NCBI GenBank assembly: GCA_034669905.1
Contig: JAXMOL010000005.1
Location: 134,218-198,217 of the forward strand
Direction of reading: 5' to 3'
DNA length: 64,000 nt
Source: Candidatus Hydrogenedentota bacterium
GTDB lineage: Bacteria; Hydrogenedentota; Hydrogenedentia; Hydrogenedentales; JAEUWI01
Translations under genes and position numbers: made by a program
Notes under the pieces: model-generated
The model's database searches: none
Seen by the model: the letters and a program-made list of their open reading frames with translations, nothing else
What the model was told of the DNA's origin: nothing
Shown: positions 38,913-48,266 of the stretch, in pieces
Layout: each line of letters starts with the position of its first letter
How positions within the stretch are numbered: the first letter of the stretch is position 1

Positions 38913-38950
38913 AAAAAAGCCCCGCCAGGCACCGGGTGCGCTGGCGGGGC
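38913..38950 (-). terminator. Intrinsic terminator
   Basis: GCCCCGCCAG...CTGGCGGGGC followed by T6 on the minus strand. Confidence 0.75.
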
Positions 38951-38993
38951 ATTACTACCTTTCACGGGGGCGAGTTGCCCGTCGGAATTCTCC

Positions 38994-40094
38994 CTAATTG
39001 CTCGGTCCGGCAGGCAGTCGGGGTGCCCGGGGACGGGTTGTGGGCTGCGCGGTGGGCACGCGGGAGGGCGTTTTCCCGACCTGGATCGGCTGGGACGGCA
39101 AGACCCGGAAGGGGATCCGAATCTCCGGGCGATCCGGCAGATTGGTCGTGACAATCAACTCTTTGTCTTTGAGGGAATTATCTACCGGCATCTCGGACAG
39201 CTTAATGTGGTAGTCGTTGTCTTTCCGCTTGATGAGTTCTGCCTTCATATCGGGGATCGGGGCGATCACGTCAAGCAACTCGAAAGACTTTGCCCGGCCG
39301 GGAAGGACCTGCAGATACTGGGTAGCCCGGGGGGCGTCTACATCGGCATTGGCCCGTATGGTCACCACGTCTGGACGCAGCTGAAGCGCCCCGATAACGT
39401 GGCCATAGACCGAAATACTCAGCATTTTCCGGCTGGGGTCATCCGTCATCACCGTAATGCGACCGTTCAGCATACCCGCTACCAGACCCGGCTGCGTCGT
39501 CGCCGTGATCCGGTACTCCTTGCCCGGCTCCACTTCTTCGACTTCCGCCGTAAACTGGGCGTCTTCCGGGACCACAATCTTCTCGATCTTGAAGGTGTGC
39601 CCCTCTTTCGTCGACCTTACCGTGACCAACTGACTGTGCGCGTCGTTGTCCACAATGCGCCCCAGATTGAGCAAGGTGGGCTCCAGGGAAATGGTCGCCA
39701 CCGAATTGCCCTTAATCTCGAGGATGTAATTGGGCGTCTCAGGGTCATTGGACATGACCGTGATTTTTTTGGACTGAATACCCTGCTTGCCTTTCAGATT
39801 GAAGACGGCGGCGATGGTCGTCTCTTCGCCCGGTGCCAGGGTATTCTTTTCCAATTCGGCTACGGTGCAACCGCAGGTAGTTTTCACGTCACTGATGACC
39901 AGGGCGTCGTCCCCGACGTTCTTAACGATAAAATCGCGGCTTACCTTATTCGAGTTGTCCAACTCGCCAAAGTCATAGACGGGATCGGGACTCATGATGG
40001 TGGGTGCCGCCATCGCAGCCACCGACCACAACCCGGCGAAAGCACCCGTAAGCACCCGGGCCGTAAGTCGTCCTGTTCCATGTATACCCAGCAT
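38994..40094 (-). CDS. DUF1573 domain secreted protein
   Basis: YDFGEL, FIVKNVGDDALVISDVKTTCGCT and LAPGEE. Confidence 0.85.
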   Translation of the reverse strand: MLGIHGTGRLTARVLTGAFAGLWSVAAMAAPTIMSPDPVYDFGELDNSNKVSRDFIVKNVGDDALVISDVKTTCGCTVAELEKNTLAPGEETTIAAVFNLKGKQGIQSKKITVMSNDPETPNYILEIKGNSVATISLEPTLLNLGRIVDNDAHSQLVTVRSTKEGHTFKIEKIVVPEDAQFTAEVEEVEPGKEYRITATTQPGLVAGMLNGRITVMTDDPSRKMLSISVYGHVIGALQLRPDVVTIRANADVDAPRATQYLQVLPGRAKSFELLDVIAPIPDMKAELIKRKDNDYHIKLSEMPVDNSLKDKELIVTTNLPDRPEIRIPFRVLPSQPIQVGKTPSRVPTAQPTTRPRAPRLPAGPSN

Positions 40095-40231
40095 AGTATT
40101 CTCCATCCAATTCACGGTGTTTACTCCTGTATTCTCTGGTGGCTTGTGGCCACGCTGTTTTGCCGCACACACCCGTTGCCCACAGCATAGCAACTTTCGA
40201 GGGCGAATCAAACCGGGGGCAAGGGCCATAA

Positions 40232-41653
40232 TTACTTTACGCTATTCACGAGCACGGGGGTGGCCATGTCATCCGTCATCGTAGCGGGCAACTGCCGCAC
40301 TTCCCCGGCCTCGTGGTTGTAGAAGAACAATTTCGAATCGGAGGGCTGACGGCCATGGCCATCGGCCCAGATAGAATAGAAATCCGCCTGCCCGTGGAGG
40401 GGACGGCGGGCATAGGTGTGGTTCCGCTCACTGCCCGCGGTAAGTTGGTGTTCTTTGGTCCAGGTTTTGCCCTGGTCCGCGCTGACCCAGGTCGCGATTT
40501 CGCCCCCGGGATTGTAGGGCTGGGGGCCGACTTCGGTGGGGCCAACCACGCGCCAGGTGCCGTCTTCACCGATGAAGATGGAGCCCATGTCGTAGTTATT
40601 GTCCGACTCCGTGATGGTGTGGAAGGCCCACACGTCTCCGGTCCAATGGGCCACGCGCCAACGACGGGGTCCGGACTCGGGGCCGGAGACCCAGCCACCG
40701 GAGGTGACGTGAAGGATAACCGGATTGCCTTCGGCATCGTAGTTCAGGTCTTTCATGTAGACCAGGCGCCCTTCGGCCTGATAGTCATGAATCAGGGCAG
40801 CGTTTTTAACCGTAGTTACGGGAATTTCCACCGGCTTCCCATCCACCGTGGTCCAGGTTTCGCCCATATCCGCCGTGTGCATGTAGTAGAGATTGGTGCG
40901 GAAATTCAGCCCTTTGCCTTCGGGGTGGTAATTAAAGGCGCTACCCACCCGATTTTTCCAGGGCCAGCTGATTTGGTAGTGGCCCTGATCGATGTGGGCC
41001 ATCTGCACCCGGTCGCCCCATTCCTTACCGTCTTTACTGGTGCGGAAGTACATGCCCCGACCGCCTTCATACCACGTGTGGAGGAAGATGAAGCCCTGGC
41101 CTTCGATATACCACGGTTGGGGATAGGAGAAATTGAAGTTCGCGACTTTTTCAAAGGCCGAAATATCGTAGGGCTTGAGACTCTTGAAAATAAACGACTT
41201 GGGCCCCCGCCCGTGGGCACTGACAAAGACCCACAGGTGGCCGTCGCTGTCGATGGAGAGCACCGGATTGTCGTGGGCGTCGGTCGTATCCTTTTTGTGG
41301 TACACGAGCACCGGACGAGGCACCTGGCCGGTCTTGTGGTCGTAGTAGGACACCATCTCCTGGAGGCTATCCCCTTCTTTCGTCGTGCCGCCATAGACAA
41401 AGAAGGTCTTGTCCACTTCGGGAGCGTAAATCGATTGGGGAATATGCTTCGCACAGTAGGTGCCCAGGCCCCCGCTGTACTTGTAGACGTACTCGTTGCC
41501 TGTTTCCTGGTTGGCATACCAGATGCCCCGGTAGCCGTCCAGCGGCGTTCCAACCACTTCGTCGTCGGCGGCAACGACGCGATCGGCCGGACCGATTATG
41601 CTGAGAATGGCCAGAGCTAGCATGGATGGAAGGGAAAGGAAACGTACTATCAT
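40232..41653 (-). CDS. Secreted BNR-4 repeat (beta-propeller) protein
   Basis: YKYSGGLGTY, DAHDNP, FSYPQPW, Asp-boxes TADMGETW and SADQGKTW, and NHTYARRP. Confidence 0.82.
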   Translation of the reverse strand: MIVRFLSLPSMLALAILSIIGPADRVVAADDEVVGTPLDGYRGIWYANQETGNEYVYKYSGGLGTYCAKHIPQSIYAPEVDKTFFVYGGTTKEGDSLQEMVSYYDHKTGQVPRPVLVYHKKDTTDAHDNPVLSIDSDGHLWVFVSAHGRGPKSFIFKSLKPYDISAFEKVANFNFSYPQPWYIEGQGFIFLHTWYEGGRGMYFRTSKDGKEWGDRVQMAHIDQGHYQISWPWKNRVGSAFNYHPEGKGLNFRTNLYYMHTADMGETWTTVDGKPVEIPVTTVKNAALIHDYQAEGRLVYMKDLNYDAEGNPVILHVTSGGWVSGPESGPRRWRVAHWTGDVWAFHTITESDNNYDMGSIFIGEDGTWRVVGPTEVGPQPYNPGGEIATWVSADQGKTWTKEHQLTAGSERNHTYARRPLHGQADFYSIWADGHGRQPSDSKLFFYNHEAGEVRQLPATMTDDMATPVLVNSVK

Positions 41654-41869
41654 GGACCCCTGACTTTCGTTTTGATGTGTGATGGGTTGTATGCTATCTT
41701 TCGCATCGGCCTGACCGTGTGGACTGCACACGGGATGACGACTGAATTTGTCGGGCAGGCGTTTCAATAATCGATGCGAAACTCAGGATCGCCATTGTAG
41801 GGAATCCCCCTCCATCATGGCAATGCTGTAACAACTCATCCCAACCACCAGAATCGAGAGGAGAATTCA

Positions 41870-42985
41870 ATGTTCCGAAAGGCAATCACTGTGACGGCAC
41901 TCGCCGCGCTGGCCGTGCTTCCCCTGCACGCCAAGGCGGCAGAAGTCGCCGAGGGCAACTGGATCAATCTGTTTGACGGAGAGACCCTCTTCGGCTGGAC
42001 CAGCTTTGGCAATGTGCCCTGGCAGGCAGGCGACGGCGTCCTCAGCGCCACCGTAGACAAAAAAGAAGGCGCTGGCGGCTGGCTCGCCACCACGTCCCAG
42101 TTCAAGAATTTTGAACTCACCGTGGAAGTCATGATGGAAGGACCCGGCAGCATGGGCCTGGCCGTCCGTGCAGGTCTCGAGGGCCACACGACGGAAAACG
42201 GCAGCGGCGCCATTGTCTTCGGTGACGAAAAGAATGACGGCAAGTGGCACACCATCCACGTCAAAGCCGTGGGCAACAACATCGACGCCACGATCGACGG
42301 CGAAGCGGTTGACATCGCCGCCAGCCGGGACAAGGGCTATATCCTCCTCCAGTTCCACCGTTATTACCGTTTCTGGTCCCACAAGTTTTCGGTAAATGTC
42401 CGCAACGTGAAACTGCGCCCCCTCGGCCTCAGCCCCATCTTCGACGGCAAGACCCTCGACGGCTGGAACATCATCCCCGACAAAGCCTCCAAGTTCACTG
42501 TCGTCGATGAAGCCATCAACATCAAAGACGGCAACGGCCAGATCGAGACCGCCAAGCTCTTCAAAGACTTCGTCCTCCAACTCGACATCATCTCCAACGG
42601 CACGGAACTGAACAGCGGCGTATTCTTCCGCGGCCCTGTGGGCGTTTTCTGGAAGGGCTACGAGTCTCAGGTCCGCAACCACTGGGATGGTGAGCGCACC
42701 AACCCCGTCGACTTCGGCACGGGCGGCAACTACGGCAACCAGTTCTCCCGCAAAGTCGTCTCCACCGACGGCGAATGGTTCCAGAAGACGGTCATCGCCG
42801 ATGGCAACCACACCGCCGTGTGGATCAACGGCTACCAGACCAGCGACTTCTACGATACCCGTCCGGTATCTGACAACAGCGACGGTAAGCAGGGCTTCGT
42901 TCCCGGACCCGGCACCATCCACCTCCAGGGCCATGATCCGACCACGGACCTGTCCTTCAAGAACATCAACGTGCAGGAATACTAG
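41870..42985 (+). CDS. Secreted tandem DUF1080 (3-keto-disaccharide hydrolase-like) protein
   Basis: Two domains starting LFDGETLFGW and IFDGKTLDGW; NSGVFFR, GYESQV and GTIHLQGH...FKNI. Confidence 0.88.
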   Translation: MFRKAITVTALAALAVLPLHAKAAEVAEGNWINLFDGETLFGWTSFGNVPWQAGDGVLSATVDKKEGAGGWLATTSQFKNFELTVEVMMEGPGSMGLAVRAGLEGHTTENGSGAIVFGDEKNDGKWHTIHVKAVGNNIDATIDGEAVDIAASRDKGYILLQFHRYYRFWSHKFSVNVRNVKLRPLGLSPIFDGKTLDGWNIIPDKASKFTVVDEAINIKDGNGQIETAKLFKDFVLQLDIISNGTELNSGVFFRGPVGVFWKGYESQVRNHWDGERTNPVDFGTGGNYGNQFSRKVVSTDGEWFQKTVIADGNHTAVWINGYQTSDFYDTRPVSDNSDGKQGFVPGPGTIHLQGHDPTTDLSFKNINVQEY

Positions 42986-43011
42986 GCACACGGTATAGCC
43001 AGAAATACACG

Positions 43012-43042
43012 AGAGGCGGTCTTCGGACCGCCTCTTTTTTTT
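43012..43042 (+). terminator. Intrinsic terminator
   Basis: AGAGGCGGTC-TTCG-GACCGCCTCT followed by a T run. Confidence 0.9.
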
Positions 43043-43068
43043 GTATTTGAGGAGAGGACATAAAGGAC

Positions 43069-43307
43069 CGTGGGATAGCCGTCCCGACCGTCATGGCGTG
43101 ATGGTGGACATGCAGCACAACGCGCACTCTCCAGTTCACCTCAGGGACAGAAGCGCCCCCAAGACCCCAAGCACCCACCGTGAACCCACCCTGAACAAAA
43201 TTCGTCCCGAGCACCCACCCGCCACGACAACGGGCGGGAATGTCCCGTCGCTGGCGAAAGGGACTCCGCCCTAAGCTCGACATCGTGGGATATCCGTCCC
43301 GGCTGTC
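43069..43307 (+). repeat. Two REP-like units
   Basis: CGTGGGATAGCCGTCCCGACCGTC (43069) and CGTGGGATATCCGTCCCGGCTGTC (43284); a third partial copy at 48150. Confidence 0.6.
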
Positions 43308-43484
43308 TTGGCAAGACGGCTGACGTACAGTACAACGTACCTATTGCCACGCGTGGGATGCTGTGCAGCGGGCAAGAAAACCCGCTCTCCAAATCCAAAA
43401 CGTCTGTGGGCAAGTTTTTGCGCTTTCTTCCGTGGGGAAACCACACGACCTACTATGAGGCCCAGACTCGTTGCTCGACCGTTT

Positions 43485-44462
43485 CTACGATTTGCCATCC
43501 AACAATGCCACCACGGTCTCCACCCGCGCCGCCAGACTACCGCCAACGCGCTCGAAAGGCACCCTACGTGCCATCAGGTCGGCGACGATCACCTCCTGAA
43601 ATTTCGTGCGGTTCACTTCCCCCGAGCGGTCCCAGGTATCGTCGTAGGGAATGTCATCTTCGCAAAGCAGAAAAAGGTCGTAACGTTCCCGGGTGTCGTC
43701 CGCCAATTTCGCCAGGCGGGGCAAGACGTGGCCGTGGTAGTACAGGCCAAACTGCCGGGTGGTGGTAGCGTCGGTGTCCACAAAGAAAAATCGATCCGCC
43801 TCCATGACCAACCTGTCCTCGCGGACGCGGTGGCCCTCGGCAATTTCCACGAGCTGCTCCGGGCTCAAGCGTCGGCCAATCTGATTGGCCGCCCAGTATT
43901 CCCGGCCATATTCGGGCATCCAGACGGTGTTATAGTGTGCAGCCAGGGCTTCACAAAGCGTAGTTTTCCCCGTGGAAGGCGCGCCCAGCAGCACTACTTT
44001 TGTAACGAGGTCGCGGTAGACCACGGCGCTCACATAGTTCCGTTTGGCATAGGGATTTTCCCGGATTGCCGTAGCCGATATGGGCACCGCCACCCGCGCC
44101 GGGTCTACGCGGCAATCCGCTGCCCCCAAGGCCGCGCTGACGTGTTCACCATAGAATTCGCTGGTGTAGAAGCGGTCTATTTTCCGTCCCGCCAACTTCC
44201 CCAGGATATACTCCTCGTGCATGCGCTTGATTTCTGGCGACTCCCCCACTTCCATGGGGCCGTCAGCACACTCGATGACTTCGATGGACGGGTACAAGCT
44301 GGTAATCCATGCGGCACGTCGGGACAAGGGGATGGGCGTATGCTCTGGGGCGTGATATATCAGCACGACCACATGGTCGTTTTCTGCCAGGGCACGTTCA
44401 ATCACGTGTTCATGGCCCTTGTGGAGGGGCGCAAATTTTCCCAGGGTAAGCCCCGTCGTCAT
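43485..44462 (-). CDS. nadR: NadR-like bifunctional NMN adenylyltransferase / ribosylnicotinamide kinase (no HTH)
   Basis: [17 protein letters not shown], Walker [10 protein letters not shown] and [12 protein letters not shown] overlap with pnuC. Confidence 0.87.
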   Translation of the reverse strand: MTTGLTLGKFAPLHKGHEHVIERALAENDHVVVLIYHAPEHTPIPLSRRAAWITSLYPSIEVIECADGPMEVGESPEIKRMHEEYILGKLAGRKIDRFYTSEFYGEHVSAALGAADCRVDPARVAVPISATAIRENPYAKRNYVSAVVYRDLVTKVVLLGAPSTGKTTLCEALAAHYNTVWMPEYGREYWAANQIGRRLSPEQLVEIAEGHRVREDRLVMEADRFFFVDTDATTTRQFGLYYHGHVLPRLAKLADDTRERYDLFLLCEDDIPYDDTWDRSGEVNRTKFQEVIVADLMARRVPFERVGGSLAARVETVVALLDGKS

Positions 44463-45052
44463 GGTGTATCCACAGGCGAATCCGCCGTGGCCTGACTTAC
44501 CAGGGCGCTACGCCAAGTGAAATAGCCCACGACGGCCAGTACCAGCAAGATCGCATAGAGCCCCGTAGTGACGGTCAGGTCCTTTACCCAATAATTGCGG
44601 ACACATACAACATCGATGACGATCCAGAACAACCAGGACTCGAGCTTCTTGCGCGCCAATAACCATTGGGCGATGAGGGCCGTCACGGTCGTAAAGGCAT
44701 CGGCATAGGGGAGGGATGCGTCGGTCCGGCTTGCCATGAGAAAGCCGAGGCCCAGGGTAGCAACAAGCGCCAGCCCAACCCATCCGACATTTTGCAGCAC
44801 AGATTGTCGCGTCACCGGAAGCCCGTCTCGATTTCGCCCTCCATAGAGCCAGTGGTACCAGCCGTAGAGCTGCATGAATACGTAGACGATCTGAAGGCCG
44901 AAGTCGGAGTAGAGCTTGGCCTCAAAAAAAATCCAGCCATAGAGAATCACGGCCACCAGCCCCGTGGGCCAGCACCAGATATGTTGCCGCGCGGTGAGCA
45001 CGACACAGACCAACGTCATGAGGGTCGCCACAATTTCGATGGGGCCTGTCAT
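44459..45052 (-). CDS. pnuC: Nicotinamide riboside transporter PnuC
   Basis: WCWPTGL, YGWYHW, DAFTT...[20 protein letters not shown] and GYFTW. Confidence 0.92.
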   Translation of the reverse strand: MTGPIEIVATLMTLVCVVLTARQHIWCWPTGLVAVILYGWIFFEAKLYSDFGLQIVYVFMQLYGWYHWLYGGRNRDGLPVTRQSVLQNVGWVGLALVATLGLGFLMASRTDASLPYADAFTTVTALIAQWLLARKKLESWLFWIVIDVVCVRNYWVKDLTVTTGLYAILLVLAVVGYFTWRSALVSQATADSPVDTP

Positions 45053-45116
45053 CCCTGCACCTCTCCTAACCCGCTGGAACGAGCGGTAACCGCATCCTGG
45101 TTACGCCGCCTCGCGC

Positions 45117-46550
45117 TTACGCCACGCGTGCGGCAACCCGTCTCCAGTTCATCCACACCATGGCGGTCAGGCCAAAGAGAAACACGATGAAGACAATCCC
45201 ACTGGGCGTCCGGCCCGTCCATTCGGCCCAGGGCCACGGGAACTGAAAGATGGCATAGTTCAAACCAAAATACAGCCACAGATTCAGCAGGAACGCGAAT
45301 ACCACAAAACGCGTCGTCTCCTGTCCCTTGAGGGCGCGCCACGCAAAATAGCCACCAAGCCCCGTCGCCAGGAGCAATGGCAGCACAAAATAAATGGCCC
45401 AGCCCGCGACCGGCGCGATGTCCTCTGATTTCACGGTCAGGTTCACCACCGTCTTCGAGGCGATGGGCAGCATCGTAATGGCCGTTACCTGGAGCCAGGG
45501 CCAGAGGCGTCCCCCCGCACAGCAGGCCCAGGGAATAATCACCAGAATAAGCCCGGAGCCGTAGACGCCATCTACCCAGCCGCCAAAGAAGGTCATGCGG
45601 ATAAGCAGGAACACATGGAGGCACAACAACACGCCCTCCAGCGCCAACGGCATGGTGGGGCCATCGGGCGTCGACGCAACGTCGATACGCCGTCGGTTGA
45701 GCCAAAGCCCCAGCCCCAGGGCCGCGCCCATGATGCAGCCGAAGGTAGTCTCCATGGTGTTCCACCAGTTCATATAGGGGTCGAGGTTGGTCCAGATACC
45801 CTGCTTGAACACTTCCGGATTCCACGCATGATAGGCCTGGAGACACTGCCCAAGGGGAAAGCCCAGCGCACCGCCCAGCAGTCCCCAGAGCCCCATATTC
45901 CGGGCGAGTACATCCTTCTTCCGCCAGGTCGTATAGCCAAAGGCCAGCGCGAAGGCGAAGAGCAATCCTCCCCAGGATTCCTGCCGGGGACGTCCCTCGT
46001 TCTCGGGAAGCCATTGCCAGAGGTTGGAAAAGTGAATGGCCGGGAGCTTTCCGGCTTCCGGGTCGAAAGGAGAATTAAAGAGCCATGCGCCCACGAAGGA
46101 TATAGCGACCATGCCCAGGGACAAGAAAAACACTTCGAGCGCCGTGTAGCGCTTTCCGCCAAGCCCAATACCCAGGAATAGCCCCGCGAACCCTATCCAG
46201 AGCCCCCCCTTAATGAGGCAGCCAAGCAATCCCCAGCGCAGGGCGGCCCAGTTCCCGATCACGGCACCATCCTGGGTCAGCCCCAAGGTCACCCCATAGG
46301 TCTGGGTGCCACCAATGCCCATGGCGACGGTGGCGAGCGCAGCCGCACGCACGACGGAGCCTGTCGCCACGCGAGGACACATCAAGAACATAAGCGTCAG
46401 GCTCACCAAGACTCCGGCGATCATGGCGCCTGTCTCGTGGCCGTATTGCCCCCGGATTCCCCAGCCCAGGCCACCGGCCATGGCCGCAAACACTACGGGC
46501 TGCCACCAGGCTACCCACTTCTCATCGGTCGAATCTGCTCTTACGTCCAC
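45117..46550 (-). CDS. Uncharacterised polytopic membrane protein, paralog A
   Basis: At least 12 hydrophobic segments; GWGIRGQYGHETGAM and NWWNTMETTFG. Confidence 0.8.
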   Translation of the reverse strand: MDVRADSTDEKWVAWWQPVVFAAMAGGLGWGIRGQYGHETGAMIAGVLVSLTLMFLMCPRVATGSVVRAAALATVAMGIGGTQTYGVTLGLTQDGAVIGNWAALRWGLLGCLIKGGLWIGFAGLFLGIGLGGKRYTALEVFFLSLGMVAISFVGAWLFNSPFDPEAGKLPAIHFSNLWQWLPENEGRPRQESWGGLLFAFALAFGYTTWRKKDVLARNMGLWGLLGGALGFPLGQCLQAYHAWNPEVFKQGIWTNLDPYMNWWNTMETTFGCIMGAALGLGLWLNRRRIDVASTPDGPTMPLALEGVLLCLHVFLLIRMTFFGGWVDGVYGSGLILVIIPWACCAGGRLWPWLQVTAITMLPIASKTVVNLTVKSEDIAPVAGWAIYFVLPLLLATGLGGYFAWRALKGQETTRFVVFAFLLNLWLYFGLNYAIFQFPWPWAEWTGRTPSGIVFIVFLFGLTAMVWMNWRRVAARVA

Positions 46551-46562
46551 TTCAATTCCTTT

Positions 46563-48020
46563 TTACTTCTCAGAGTACGTGTCTGTTACCGTGTGCCGAT
46601 GGAGATACACCATCCACGAAATCCCGATGGCACAGATTAAAAAGAACATACCATGAACGGTACGCCCACCCCAGGTCAACCACGGCCAGGGAAAATCGAA
46701 AAAGGCGTGATTTAACCAGAAGTACATCCAGGTGGTGAAAAGCAGGCCATTGCGGATGAAAGCAGGCGTCGTCTCTCCCCGCTCATTTCGGCGGGCCGCC
46801 CAGAGGGCCATCGCTGTGGCACCGACCATGGGTAGCAGAAAGAAATGCGAGAAGGCCACGCCGACTTCAATATTACCGCCACGGTGCTGAATCATGACCA
46901 GGGCCGTTTTCCCGGCGATGGGTAACATCGTGATAGCCAACAGCTGAAGGTAGGGCCAGTACCGCCCGTTAATGCACGCGATAAGGGGAATGGCCGCCAT
47001 CACGATTCCGTAATCATAGAGTCCGTCGGCCCACGCACCGCCCAGAAAAACCACCGCGACCAGGGCGGGGATATGGATGGTCAACAAAAGCCCCTCCAGC
47101 CAAAAGGCCATGGGGTTTTCATCGGGGTCTGGTTGCAGGTCAATGCGCGCCCGGTTCACCCAGAGCCCCAACCCCACGAAGGCCCCCATGATGGTGCCAA
47201 ACGCTGTCTCCATGGCATTCCACCAATTGAAGTAGTTGGTGACGGGCGACAGGAAACTTTCGCGAAAGAAATCCGGATTCCAGGCGTTGATAGATTGGAG
47301 ACATTGTCCGAGAGGGAAACCCACCCCCCCGGCGAGCAGGCCCCAGAGCGCCATATTGCGAGCGAGCCGATCCTGTTTTACCCGGACGGCATAGCCCACC
47401 GCTGCCGCCAGGGCGAAGAGCAAGCCTCCCCATACCTCCGGCCGAAACTCTTGCCCGTCCCGTGCCAACACTTCCGGCTCCCACTGCCAGTGATCCGAAA
47501 AGTAGAAGTAGGGCAGTCGCAAATGCTCTGGGTCGTGGGGCCGATTCAGCAGCGCCCAACCGACAAGCGAAGCAAAGAGCATGAGGAGCACCAACTTCAT
47601 CATTTCGAAGGCGCTGTACCGTTTTCCCCCTAGACCCAGCCCCAGAAAGAAGGCCGCCAGCCCAATCCAAATGCCCCCCTTTATGGCAAGGCCCAACATC
47701 CCCCAACACCAGGCGCCCCAGTTCCCGATAATCTCGCGATCATGAGACAGCCCCACGGTCTGCCCGTAGGTCATGGTGCCGCCAATGCCCATGGCCACCG
47801 TGCATAGGGCCGCCGCACGTACGGCCTGCCGAGAGCTCACTCCGGGGCACAGGAGGAAGATGAGGGTAAGACTGACCAAAACACCCGCTATCATGGCCCC
47901 CGCTTCGTGACCATATTGGCCGCGGATACCCCAGGCCATGCCCCCCGCCAGGGCTGAAAACAACACGGGCTGCCACCAGGGAACTCGGGAATTATTCGGG
48001 GGGTTCAAGTGAACGGACAC
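46563..48020 (-). CDS. Uncharacterised polytopic membrane protein, paralog B
   Basis: Colinear with paralog A; AWGIRGQYGHEAGAM and NWWNAMETAFG. Confidence 0.8.
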   Translation of the reverse strand: MSVHLNPPNNSRVPWWQPVLFSALAGGMAWGIRGQYGHEAGAMIAGVLVSLTLIFLLCPGVSSRQAVRAAALCTVAMGIGGTMTYGQTVGLSHDREIIGNWGAWCWGMLGLAIKGGIWIGLAAFFLGLGLGGKRYSAFEMMKLVLLMLFASLVGWALLNRPHDPEHLRLPYFYFSDHWQWEPEVLARDGQEFRPEVWGGLLFALAAAVGYAVRVKQDRLARNMALWGLLAGGVGFPLGQCLQSINAWNPDFFRESFLSPVTNYFNWWNAMETAFGTIMGAFVGLGLWVNRARIDLQPDPDENPMAFWLEGLLLTIHIPALVAVVFLGGAWADGLYDYGIVMAAIPLIACINGRYWPYLQLLAITMLPIAGKTALVMIQHRGGNIEVGVAFSHFFLLPMVGATAMALWAARRNERGETTPAFIRNGLLFTTWMYFWLNHAFFDFPWPWLTWGGRTVHGMFFLICAIGISWMVYLHRHTVTDTYSEK

Positions 48021-48210
48021 GGGTGCTCCAATCGCTCCAATGTGCGACCCACGATCACCCCGATATCGAGAGCGCGATTCTCCAGTGCATGGCTACCGCG
48101 CATCCAGTATAGCGCGTAACAGGCATTGCGCCAAACCCGGCCACTACATCGTGGGATAGCCGTCGCGGCATTACGTCCTCAGCACACCATCACGAATCAA
48201 CCCACTGACG

Positions 48211-48240
48211 AAACGGCGCGGCCCCGTGGGACCGCGCCGT
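48211..48240 (-). terminator. Putative intrinsic terminator
   Basis: ACGGCGCGG...CCGCGCCGT with a short T tail, after the acyl-CoA dehydrogenase. Confidence 0.6.
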
Positions 48241-48266
48241 GTGCTTATAAATGATAGTACTGCCGC

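Noticed and set aside
43141..43546. Short ORFs between the DUF1080 gene and nadR
   Set aside because: They overlap REP-like repeats and have no RBS or protein-like features.
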